Assembly: GCA_965240325.2 (NCBI GenBank)
Contig: OZ251222.1
Location: forward strand, 3,348,001 to 3,412,000
DNA: 64,000 bases
Direction of reading: 5' to 3'
DNA from: Rebecca billardiae RCC1528
Taxonomy: Eukaryota; Protista; Haptophyta
The position numbers and the translations under genes were made by a program. The notes beneath the pieces are model-generated. The model did no database searches. It saw only the letters and a list, made by a program, of their open reading frames with translations, and was not told the DNA's origin. Below, in pieces: positions 35,237 to 46,091 of the stretch. Position 1 is the stretch's first letter; each line of letters opens with the position of its first letter.

Positions 35237-36339
35237 GCCGGGCCGGCGCCTCGCAAGCCGCGCCACACCAGGGCCGGGGCACTGCTGCTAGCCGCACCGT
35301 AACCTGCGTTTACTTGCTTGTGAGGGCTGGCGCCTGGCAGAGGCGCCCCCGTGCAGGCGTGCACTCCTGTGCGAGTGTGCGCGTACCCGCTTTATCTGGT
35401 ATATGATAGATACTCGCGCGGGTGAAGTAGTCAAAACAAAACTTACGGGTATGCTGGCTTATAGGGGAATTTAAAAAGGGTATGCTGGCTTATTCAGCGG
35501 TCGTAACGCTACTATCATATATTCTGGAAACCCACGAGAACAAAGGCACGACTTCACGCTGGGGACCCAGTAAGGTCTGGCGTTTGCCACTGGCGACTGC
35601 ACACGGCAACAGGGGCGTTTGCGCCCTGTTGTCGTGTGCACACTGGGGCGCAAAAGGGGTCACCCTCAGGGGGTTTCGCACTGCTGTTGCCGTGTGCACC
35701 GGCCCGCTGTGGCCGTGCACACGGCAACAGGGCGCAAACGGCCCTGTTGCCGTGTGCAGGCGTGCATGGCTTGCGATGGCAGCCAGCCGTCAGCAGGGCG
35801 CCACGCCCACTGTTCGTTGGTAGGCTGGCCCGATGGCGTCGCGGAGCTCACGCGTACGGGGGAGGAGGGCATCGACGAGGAGACGACCAAGGGCGAGAAG
35901 CAGCAGGGGGCACGCAGCACGGGGCTCGGAGCATGCCGCGAGCACGCGTGCCTCCACACCGTCGCACATCAACCTTGCTCGTAGCTGTGCGCTGTGCTGC
36001 CACTCATCTCACCATCGCCCATGCTACGGGCGCGGCCGGGTGGTGGGCATCTACCTGTCGGCGCAGCACTGGCACCGGTGGTCGCCAGACACTCCTCGAC
36101 TTGCTCTGCGCGTCACAGCAAGGAGACGGCAGCGGCACAGCTGTGTGAGCTCGCAGATGAAGTGCTCCTCTGCTTTGCGAGGCTGAGAGGCTGAGCACGC
36201 GTGGCGAGCGCTGGCATTCCCCCGCATTCATGAGACCAACAGGTACATAGCCGTGCCCAGGAGCGCAGGACCAACCGCCGGGTGCTGCTTCAAACACCTG
36301 CGCCCCACTCTGCCGGCAGGCTGAGGGGCGCTCTACTCT

Positions 36340-38200
36340 ATGCTGCACGCGGCAGCAGCAGCTGGGCCGCTGGGATGGTCCTGCACGGATGACGGCGGTC
36401 GCCGCGGCTGACAGCTTGGTGTCACTGGTTCGAAGGGCCTGGACGACGGACGCGCCGAGCGTGGTGACGCTGCTCGATGCGCCCACGGCACTGCCAAGCG
36501 CGCTGGAGCCGCTGCCTCGAGCACTACTGTGCCCGCGCCCAGCTTGGACAGCAGCAGCTGCGCTCAACTCCGCGCCGCGTGCCGTGGCAGCAGCAGGGAT
36601 GGTGCCACGGCGGCCGGCGGCGGCCGACGGAGCTGTCGGCTCGGCGGTGCACGCCCGAGGGGCCTGGGCGGTGGGCGCACCGAACGCGGTGCCGCTGCTC
36701 GCCTCGCCCATGGCGCTGGAGCCGCTGCCATCCGACGCTGCTGCGCCCGCGCCCAGCTTGCGCAGCAGCGGCTGCGCTCGACTCCGCGCAGAGTGCGGCG
36801 GCAGCAGCAGGGATGGTGCTACGGTGGGCGACGACGGTCGCTAGAGCTGAAAGCTCGGCGGTGTGCGCCCGAGGGGCCTGGGCGGTGGGCGCACCGAACG
36901 CGGTGCCGCTGCTCGCCTCGCCCATGGCGCTCGAGCCGCTGCCATCCGACGCTGCTGCGCCCGCGCCCAGCTTGGGCAGCAGCGGCTGCGCTCGACTCCG
37001 CGCAGAGTGCGGCGGCAGCAGCAGGGATGGTGCTACGGTGGGCGACGACGGTCGCTAGAGCTGAAAGCTCGGCGGTGCGCGCCCGAGGGGCCTGGGTGGT
37101 GGGCGCACCGACGCGGTGCCGCTGCTCGCCTCGCCCATGGCGCTCGAGCCGCTGCCATCCGACGCTGCTGCGCCCGCGCCCAGCTTGGGCAGCAGCGGCT
37201 GCGCTCGACTCCGCGCAGAGTGCGGCGGCAGCAGCAGGGATGGTGCTACGGTGGGCGACGACGGTCGCTAGAGCTGCAAGCTCGGCGGTGCGCGCCCGAG
37301 GGGCCTGGGCGGTGGGTGCACCGAACGCGGTGCCGCTGCTCGCCTCGCCCATGGCGCTGAAGCCGCTGCCATCCGACGCTGCTGCGCCCGCGCCCAGCTT
37401 GGGCAGCAGCGGCTGCGCTCGACTCCGCGCAGAGTGCGGCGGCAGCAGCAGGGATGGTGCTACGGTGGGCGACGACGGTCGCTAGAGCTGAAAGCTCGGC
37501 GGTGTGCGCCCGAGGGGCCTTGGCGGTGGGCGCACCGAACGCGGTGCCGCTGCTCGCCTCGCCCATGGCGCTCGAGCCGCTGCCATCCGACGCTGCTGCG
37601 CACGCGCCAAGCTTGGGCAGCAGCGGCTGCGCTCGACTCCGCGCAGAGTGCGGCGGCAGCAGCAGGGATGGTGCTACGGTGGGCGACGACGGTCGCTTGA
37701 GCTGAAAGCTCGGCGGTGCGCGCCCGAGGGGCCTGGGCGGTGGGCGCACCGAACGCGGTGCCGCTGCTCGCCTCGCCCATGGCGCTGGAGCCGCTGCCAT
37801 CCGACGCTGCTGCGCCCGCGCCCAGCTTGGGCAGCAGCGGCTGCGCTCGACTCCGCGCCGCGTGCGGCGGCAGCAGCAGGGATGGTGCTGCGGTGGGCGA
37901 CGACGGTCGCTAGAGCTGAAAGCTCAGCGGTGTGCGCCTGAGGGGCCTGGGCGGTGGGTGCATTGAGCGCGCTGACGCCTCTCGCCTCGCCCGGCGCGCT
38001 CGAGCCGCTGCCATCCGATGCTGCCGCGCCCGCGCCCTGTCGCGCCGAGTGCGGCTGCAGCATCAGGGATGGCGCCACGGCGGGCGGGCGGCGGTGCATG
38101 CAGCTAGCAGCTCGGTGCTGCACGCGCGAGGGGCCTGGGCGGCAGACGCGCGCAATGCAGTGACGCTGATGCACGCGTCAGGCGCGCTGGCCAGCCCCCG
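36340..38200 (+). repeat. ~214-bp tandem array, about 8 units (left arm of A2)
   Basis: The GAGCCGCTGCC marker recurs from ~36506 to ~38002 at ~214-bp steps. Confidence 0.9.
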
Positions 38201-38961
38201 GAGCTGTCGCTACGACACTTCTTCTGTCCCGTGCTGCGAGCCGAGCCGCCAGCAGGTTCCGGGGCGGGCCAATGCCGGTCAGCTCATATTCATAAGGCCG
38301 GCGGCGCAGACCAGTCGTAGCCCGGCAGGTAGGCGATGCAGAAGTTATCAGCAGCATCATGCATCGTCATCACTACATCAGCATCCGCCTAGACGAGTAC
38401 GTAAGAACTACGACTATCTTTAAATTATATATATATACACGCGTACTACGGCACCGAGCATATATCTCGAATCGTCATCGTCAATCTCCGACTAGCCGTT
38501 CAGAGCGGTACTCCGACTACGACGATGCATCAGCCAGCCCCGGGGCGGCGGCTGTCCGACACTCTGCCGTCAGAATGTGCGTATATAAGTGACTCTACTT
38601 ACTCCACCTAGCGGTCTATCCGGATCGGTACCCTGGCGGCGGTGTTGTCGTCTGTCCGCCGTCACAGACTGACTCGCGTAGCTAGTCACTTATCAGTGAT
38701 GTGATGGTCTCGCCGTCCGCGTCCGGACTGTCGACGACAAGTTGTGCTGGGCCTGGCGGCTCACAGTGTAAGTTAGTAGTAGCTAACTCATCAATGTAAG
38801 AGCAGCAGTAGTGAGCAGCAGCAGTAGCAGCTCGACTGCTGGCGTCATCACCGTGCTACGTACACTCCGGCGCGACACGGTCACGGTCAGCTGGTCAGCA
38901 GTCTATACTCTTACGCCGGGACCGTAGCAGTACTGTAGTAGAGTACGTATACCAATAACGT

Positions 38962-38980
38962 ATATATATATATATATATA
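38962..38980. repeat. (TA)n microsatellite in the centre of A2
   Basis: Read directly; absent at the equivalent position of A1. Confidence 0.85.
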
Positions 38981-38999
38981 GTTTTAACGACGACCGGTC

Positions 39000-41770
39000 G
39001 GCGCGCGTGCCAAGCAGCACCCAGCACCGCCCGACCACCGCCGCCAGCCTGGCCGTGGCACCTCCCTGCTGCTACCACCGCATGCGGCGCGAAGCCTCCG
39101 GAGCGCAGCTGCTGCCAGGCCTGCCAGCTGCAGCCGTGCAGCGGCGCCGGGGCGCGGGCGCAGCGGCATCGGATGGCAGAGGCTCGAGCGCGCTACGGAA
39201 CGAGGCGAGCGGCTACACCGCGCTCGGTGCGTCCAGCGCCCACGCCTCTCGGGTGGGCACTGCCAAGCTTTCAGCTGTTGCGGCCGCCCGCCGTGGCACC
39301 ATCCCTGCTGCTGCTGCCGCACGCGGCGCGGAGTCGAGCGCTGCTGCTGCTGCCCTGGCCGGGCGCGGGCGCAGCAGCACCGGATGGCAGCGGCTCCAGC
39401 GCTATGGGCGAGGCGAGCAGCGGCACCGCGCTCGGTGCGTCCAGCGCCCACGCCCCTCGGGCGTGCACCGCCGAGCTGCCGGCTGCAGCAACCACCGCCG
39501 CCCGCCGTGGCACCATCCCTGCTGCTGCTGCCGCACGCGGTGCGGAGTCGAGCGCAGCCGCTGCTGCCCAAGCTGGGCGCGGGCGCAGCAGCGTCGGATG
39601 GCAGCGGCTCCAGCGCCATGGGCGAGGCGAGCAGCGGCACTGCGTTCTGTGCGCCCAGCGCCCAGGCTCCTCGGGCGTGCGCTGCCGAGCTTCCAGCTGC
39701 GTCGACCGCCGCCGCCCGCCGTGGCACCATCCCTGCTGCTGCCGCCGCACGCGGCGCGGAGTCAGGCGCGGCTGCTGCTGCCAAAGCTGGGCGCGGGTGC
39801 AGCAGCATCGGATGGCAGCGGCTCGAGCGCGCTGCGGGAGGCCAGCGGGGACACCGCGCTCGGTGCGTCCAACGACCAGGCCCCTCGGGCGCACACCGCC
39901 GAGCTTTCAGCTCCAGCGACCGCCGCCGCCCGCCGTGGCACCATCCCTGCTGCTGCTGCCGCACGCGGCGCGGAGTCGAGCGCAGCCGCTGCTGCCCAAG
40001 CTGGGCGCGGGCGCAGCAGCGTCGGATGGCAGCGGCTCGAGCGCCATGGGCGAGGCGAGCAGCGGCACCGCGCTCGGTGCGCCCACCGCCCAGGCCCCTC
40101 GGGCGCACACAGCCGAGCTTTCAGCTCCAGCGACCGCCGCCGCCCGCCGTGGCACCATCCCTGCTGCTGCTGCCGCACGCGGCGCGGAGTCGAGCGCAGC
40201 CGCTGCTGCCCAAGCTTGGCGCGTGCGCAGCAGCGTCGGATGGCAGCGGCTCGAGCGCCATGGGCGAGGCGAGCAGCGGCACCGCGCTCGGTGCGCCCAC
40301 CGCCCAGGCCCCTCGGGCGCACACAGCCGAGCTTTCAGCTCCAGCGACCGCCGCCGCCCACAGTGGCACCATCCCTGCTGCTGCTGCCGCACGCGGCGCG
40401 GAGTCGAGCGCCGCTGCTGCTGCTGCCCCAGCTGGGCGTGGGCGCACCAGCACCGGATGGCAGCGGCTCGAGCGCCATGGGCGAGGCGAGCAGCGGCACC
40501 GCGCTCGGTGCGTCCAGCGCCCACGCCCCTCGGGCGCACACTGCCGAGCTTTCAGCTCCAGCGACCCACGCCGCCCGCCGTGGCACCATCCCTGCTGCTG
40601 CCGCCGCACTCGGCGCGGAGTCGAGCGCAGCCGCTGCTGCCCAAGCTTGGCGCGGGCGCAGCAGCGTCGGATGGCAGCGGCTCGAGCGCCATGGGCGAGG
40701 CGAGCAGCGGCGCCGCGTTCGGTGCGCCCACCGCCCAGGCCCCTCGGGCGCACACAGCCGAGCTTTCAGCTCCAGCGACCGCCGCCGCCCACAGTGGCAC
40801 CATCCCTGCTGCTGCTGCCGCACGCGGCGCGGAGTCGAGCGCCGCTGCTGCTGCTGCCCCAGCTGGGCGTGGGCGCACCAGCACCGGATGGCAGCGGCTC
40901 GAGCGCCATGGGCGAGGCGAGCAGCGGCACCGCGCTCGGTGCGTCCAGCGCCAACGCCCCTCGGGCGCACACTGCCGAGCTTTCAGCTCCAGCGACCCAC
41001 GCCGCCCGCCGTGGCACCATCCCTGCTGCTGCCGCCGCACTCGGCGCGGAGTCGAGCGCAGCCGCTGCTGCCCAAGCTTGGCGCGGGCGCAGCAGCGTCG
41101 GATGGCAGCGGCTCGAGCGCCATGGGCGAGGCGAGCAGCGGCGCCGCGTTCGGTGCGCCCACCGCCCAGGCCCCTCGGGCGCACACAGCCGAGCTTTCAG
41201 CTCCAGCGACCGCCGCCGCCCACCGTGGCACCATCCCTGCTGCTGCTGCCGCACGCGGCGCGGAGTCTAGCGCAGCCGCTGCTGCCCAAGCTTGGCGCGG
41301 GCGCAGCAGCGTCGGATGGCAGCGGCTCCAGCGCGCTGCGGGAGGCGAGCAGTGACACCGCGCTCGGTGCATCCAATGCCCGGGCCCCTCGGGCGCGCAC
41401 CGCCGAGCTGACAGCTGCGCCGACCCACGCCGCCCGCCGTGGCACCATCCCTGCTGCTGCAGCCAATGCGGCGCGGAGTCAAGTGCAGCTGCAGCTGGGC
41501 CCCAGCTGGGCGCGGGCACAGCAGCACCAGATGGCAGCGGCTCCAGCGCGCTGGGCAGTGCCGTGGTCGTGTGGAGTAACGTCACCGCGCTCGGCGCGTC
41601 CATCGACGAGGCCCCTCGAGCGAGCGACACCGAGCTGTCATCTGCGGCGAAAGCCGTCATCCGCCGCGGGACCATTCCAGCAGCTGCTGCCGCATGCAGT
41701 GCAGACTCGAGCGTGGCTGCCGCTGGTGTTGGCGGCCCGGATGGGCGCGGGTGCAGCATCATCAGGTGCC
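39000..41770 (-). repeat. Inverted ~214/217-bp tandem array, about 12 units (right arm of A2)
   Basis: The marker recurs from ~39171 to ~41530; spacing alternates 217/214 in the 40300-41200 part. Confidence 0.9.
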
Positions 41771-43764
41771 AGCGACCCCATCGCGGCGGGCGCGATGGGC
41801 CAGGTCGCTGCGTTTGGCGCGCCATTGCCCAGGCCGTTCAAGCGAGCAACACCGAGCTGTTAGTTGGAGCAACTGCTGCCGCCCGTCATGATACTGTACG
41901 TACTGCTGCTGCAGCATCAACAGCGCCGCTGTTACCAGCAGCGCTGCGCTCGTGTATCCGAAGCAGCACGGCATTGATGGTCCTGCGGTCTGAGTAGGGG
42001 AGTATGCCAGTAGCTCGCATGCACCTGGAGTGCAGTCCATGCCTGTACTGCCTCGCCGAGTACTACTAGAGTAGTAGGACCTCATGTGCTCACGCAGCTG
42101 TGCCGCTGCCGTCTCCTTGCTGTGACGCGCAGAGCAAGTCGAGGAGTGTCTGGCGACCACCGGTGCCAGTGCTGCGCCGACAGGTAGATGCCCACCACCC
42201 GGCCGCGCCCGTAGCATGGGCGATGGTGAGATGAGTGGCAGCACAGCGCACAGCTACGAGCAAGGTTGATGTGCGACGGTGTGGAGGCACGCGTGCTCGC
42301 GGCATGCTCCGAGCCCCGTGCTGCGTGCCCCCTGCTGCTTCTCGCCCTTGGTCGTCTCCTCGTCGATGCCCTCCTCCCCCGTACGCGTGAGCTCCGCGAC
42401 GCCATCGGGCCAGCCTACCAACGAACAGTGGGCGTGGCGCCCTGCTGACGGCTGGCTGCCATCGCAAGCCATGCACGCCTGCACACGGCAACAGGGCCGT
42501 TTGCGCCCTGTTGCCGTGTGCACGGCCACAGCGGGCCGGTGCACACGGCAACAGCAGTGCGAAACCCCCTGAGGGTGACCCCTTTTGCGCCCCAGTGTGC
42601 ACACGACAACAGGGCGCAAACGCCCTGTTGCCGTGTGCAGTCGCCAGTGGCAAACGCCAAACCTGGCTGGGGGACCAGCCCGTCGCAGGCCTTTTTTTGA
42701 CGCCCCCCTAACCCGTCTGTCTGTCTGTTTGTCGGTCACATAAGCGCAATTCGCGTACCCGCTTACGCGCTCGATAGGACAAAAGCCGCTCGTCGTTCGG
42801 TCAAAAGCCGCTCGTCGTTCGGCGCTTTGCGTACTCACATTCGCGCGAATCGCATCGGCCCATTCGTCGTGTCGCGAGTTCACACTTCACATTCACACGA
42901 ACCGTCACTTTCTCGCTAGACATTTCACGAGCGAAAGGGCGCGCTGATATTGGCACGCGGGTATCATCTTGCATTTGACATACGAGCGTCGGAGCGGCAA
43001 GCCAGCAACCTCGCGCGGCCTCGGCGTCCCGGGTCCGAAGCCGACAGAGAGCGAGAGCCCACGAGCCCGAGGCGCCCTCGTCCTTGCGGTCGGTCGCGCG
43101 ACGAACGGCTCGCGTGCGGGGCCAGCGAGCAACGCGGGGCGCGCGGCGGGCTCACGCGCGATGCCGCCCACCACGCGCACGCGTGCGAACCCGCCGGCTC
43201 GGGCGACACGCGCCGCCTCAGCTCGAGCACGAGCGCGAGGCGTGGCGCCGGCCCGGTCGGGCGGCGGAGGGCTCGAGCTGCCGACTGCGCGCGACGAGCG
43301 CCCTCGCGTGCGGTGCCAGCGGATGAAGCGGCACGCGCGGCGGGCGCATACGCGCAGGGCCGCCATCCACGCGCGAGCGCGCGACTGCGTGCCTTCCACG
43401 AGCTGCAGCAGGCGGCCGCGGGTTGGTCGGCGGACGGCAAGGTCGGCGGAGTGCCGCCCGTCCGGCGTTTCGCTTGGGCGCGGGCCACACTCTCACTCAC
43501 AGCGCGGGGCGTGGTGCTGCAGACGGGACAGAGACGTGCACACGCGCGCGCGTCGTCAGCCCCGCCGCTGCGCCCCTGTGGCGCCCATGGCCGAGCGTCG
43601 GAATTCCGAGCTGGGCCACCGGCCCGGCGTGCCATCGTGCGTTTCAGAAACAGGTTTCCAGCCCAAGTTGACGCGCAGCGCCAACCCATATATATAGTGG
43701 GTAACTGCGCGACTCAATATAATGACAGAACGATAGTGGCAACCGCCGCCGTCGTCGTCGCGCT

Positions 43765-44925
43765 ATGTTCGCGCGATTCGCGAACGTGGGCGTCCTGGCC
43801 GCTGTCGCTTCTGCAACTCGCTTGCCGATGGCGCCGAAGCGCGCGCTCGCGGCACGTTCAGCTCGTGCCGAGGTGTCCGCGATAGCAGTGCCGGCACCCG
43901 ATGGCGATGGCGATGAGAATCCGCCGTCGAAGAAGCCGGCCAAGAAGTCGCGCGCAGACATGCTTGCCGCGCGTGAGCCCGTCGCGCGCGCGCCGACCCC
44001 GCGGCGCGAGCCGCCTGCGGCCAACCTGGACGCCCTCACGATCTGCGCATGGAATCTTGGCGGCCTGCGCGCGTGGCTCAAGGACGACGCACGCCGCGAG
44101 GAGCTGCGGGCGACCGCACTCGCCGCGCAGCCAGATGTTCTGTTCCTGCTCGAGACGAAGCTCAACCCTGGCGAGATGGAGGACAGCGTTGGGGCGCAGC
44201 TCGCGGAGGTGTTCGGTGCGGGGTTCGAGATGCACTTCTCGTCGTGCTCGGCGCGTAAGGGCTATAGCGGCGTGTGCGCTCTCGTCGGCGAGCGTGCGCG
44301 AAAGGCGCGCGTGACTAAAGGCATCGGCGAGTGTGACGAGGAGGGTCGCGCGCTCATGCTCAGCTTCGAGGCGGAGGGCGCAGCGCCCCTGGATGTGCTG
44401 TGCGTCTACGTGCCGAACTCGGGAGACGGCCTCAAGCGCCTCGACTACCGCCTCGATGCCTGGGATCCGGCACTTGCCGCATGGGTCGACAAGCGGCACG
44501 CAGCGGGCGCGCAGGTCGTCGTCGTCGGCGATCTCAACGTCGCCCACCTCGACGCCGACATCTGGAACTGGGGCGAGAGCAAGTCGAAGAACACGGCCAT
44601 CGGCAAGAACGCGGGTACGACGCCCCAGGAGCGCGAGTCGTTCACAAAGCTGCTCGGCGGCGGGGCCGATGAGCCGCGGCTCGTTGATGCCTTCCGAGCC
44701 CGTCATCCTGACGCTTCGGGGTGCTTCTCGTACTGGAGCGTGCGCAGCAACGGCCGCCCGGTGAACCGGGGCCTCCGCCTGGACTACACGCTCGTGTCGC
44801 GAGCCATTGCCGACGCGAGTGCCGTTGACGAGTGGGGCCTGTACGACGCGTACATCCTCGACGAGTGCAACGAGCGTGGTGACCACTGCCCAGTGGGCAT
44901 CACGCTGGTCCGTGCGGCCCCATAG
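43765..44925 (+). CDS. AP endonuclease / exodeoxyribonuclease III family (APE1/Xth-like)
   Basis: Motifs WNLGGLRA, LETK, GYSGV, YVPNSG, GDLNVAH, FSYWS, GLRLDY and DHCP. Confidence 0.95.
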   Translation: MFARFANVGVLAAVASATRLPMAPKRALAARSARAEVSAIAVPAPDGDGDENPPSKKPAKKSRADMLAAREPVARAPTPRREPPAANLDALTICAWNLGGLRAWLKDDARREELRATALAAQPDVLFLLETKLNPGEMEDSVGAQLAEVFGAGFEMHFSSCSARKGYSGVCALVGERARKARVTKGIGECDEEGRALMLSFEAEGAAPLDVLCVYVPNSGDGLKRLDYRLDAWDPALAAWVDKRHAAGAQVVVVGDLNVAHLDADIWNWGESKSKNTAIGKNAGTTPQERESFTKLLGGGADEPRLVDAFRARHPDASGCFSYWSVRSNGRPVNRGLRLDYTLVSRAIADASAVDEWGLYDAYILDECNERGDHCPVGITLVRAAP

Positions 44926-45956
44926 GCTGGCCGAGCGGGTGGCCCGACCCGGGGGTGGGACTCGGTGCCGGTGGCCACGACTCGACTCGCCACTCGGTCT
45001 CGGCGGCCGGGACGACTCGAATTCCGGGAACGAATCGTCGTATCATGTATCATCATCGCCGCAGTCGTCAGTGTCGTCATGGCGAGTGACTCACATGCCG
45101 CCCGTCACATCGGAGTGCGGCATCACCGAGTGATTCATGTCACTACTACCTGCTGTATCCGATCGTCCGGAATCCGGGACCGGGCGCCCCGCTGATGACC
45201 GAGCGTCGTCTTAGACTAGCTTAGAGTCATCCGGTCCCGTGTCCGTGACCCGGTGACCGTGCGGATCGAATTTTCGACGTGATGGTCAGACGACTGGACT
45301 ACTGTGGCCGAGTGCAGAGTACTGGCGTGCTCTCGCGTCTGAGTGAGGTCCGATGGGAGTTCAAACTACTACCAGCGTTTCCGCAGGTCTCTCTTCGGAG
45401 AACGTGCGATGAATCAAATATTGCGCGATGAAGGATGCGGCGGCGCGGCAACCTGCCACCGGCACCGTGAGCCAAGTTACGGCTTACGCACAATAGTTAA
45501 CAATAAATGAACTGATACATATACCAAAGGAAGTACATACTCGTCTGTGACTACTTAGTCTACTACTCGCGTCGTCATTCTATGGTTTAACGACACAGCG
45601 CACTCGGGTCATCCCCCGCGCTGCTGCAATATAAACTAAGTTCGGTCGTCGCGCCGTCGTCATGCAGAGTCGCGCGGCGGCCGCGGAACAATAGTGTCAA
45701 TACAGTGAAGGGCCGCGCCATCGGAACATCACTGCTCATTCATGTCTCATCTTATATTATTATAATAAGGCTAAGGAGTAAGGCCGCACCGCGGCACCGG
45801 ACTACGGAGTCTCTGTTATACGGTACGCTCGGCGCAGTCGCCTCGTCCGAATCGTCGTCGAATAATATTAATAGATCTGCGCTGCTGACTCACTCTGCCT
45901 ATCACTGATAGTATGGCGGTATCACGGGCTATCAGCACTTACTGTACATATCACTG

Positions 45957-45957
<1 letters not shown>

Positions 45958-45986
<29 letters not shown>
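45958..45986. repeat. (TA)n microsatellite
   Basis: Read directly from the sequence. Confidence 0.9.
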
Positions 45987-45991
<5 letters not shown>

Positions 45992-46091
45992 CACACTGTA
46001 CGTAATGTATATTATTATTTATTAGGCAGCCGGCCCGAGCTGCTCCGCGACCTGCTGCTATTATCAGTCGGACCGTCGCGCCGCGATATGA

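Larger units (their letters stand above)
35568..42669. mobile_element. Large foldback DNA transposon, family A copy 2 (7102 bp), same orientation as copy 1
   Basis: Same termini and organisation as A1. 7-bp TSD GGGGACC (35561-35567 / 42670-42676). Confidence 0.93.

Noticed and set aside
4556-42669. A1 and A2 as LTRs or ends of one 38-kb element
   Set aside because: Each copy has its own distinct 7-bp TSD, and the interval holds ordinary intron-containing host genes.
43765-44925. AP endonuclease as a LINE endonuclease
   Set aside because: It is a complete stand-alone ExoIII/APE1-type protein with its own stop codon and no downstream RT.
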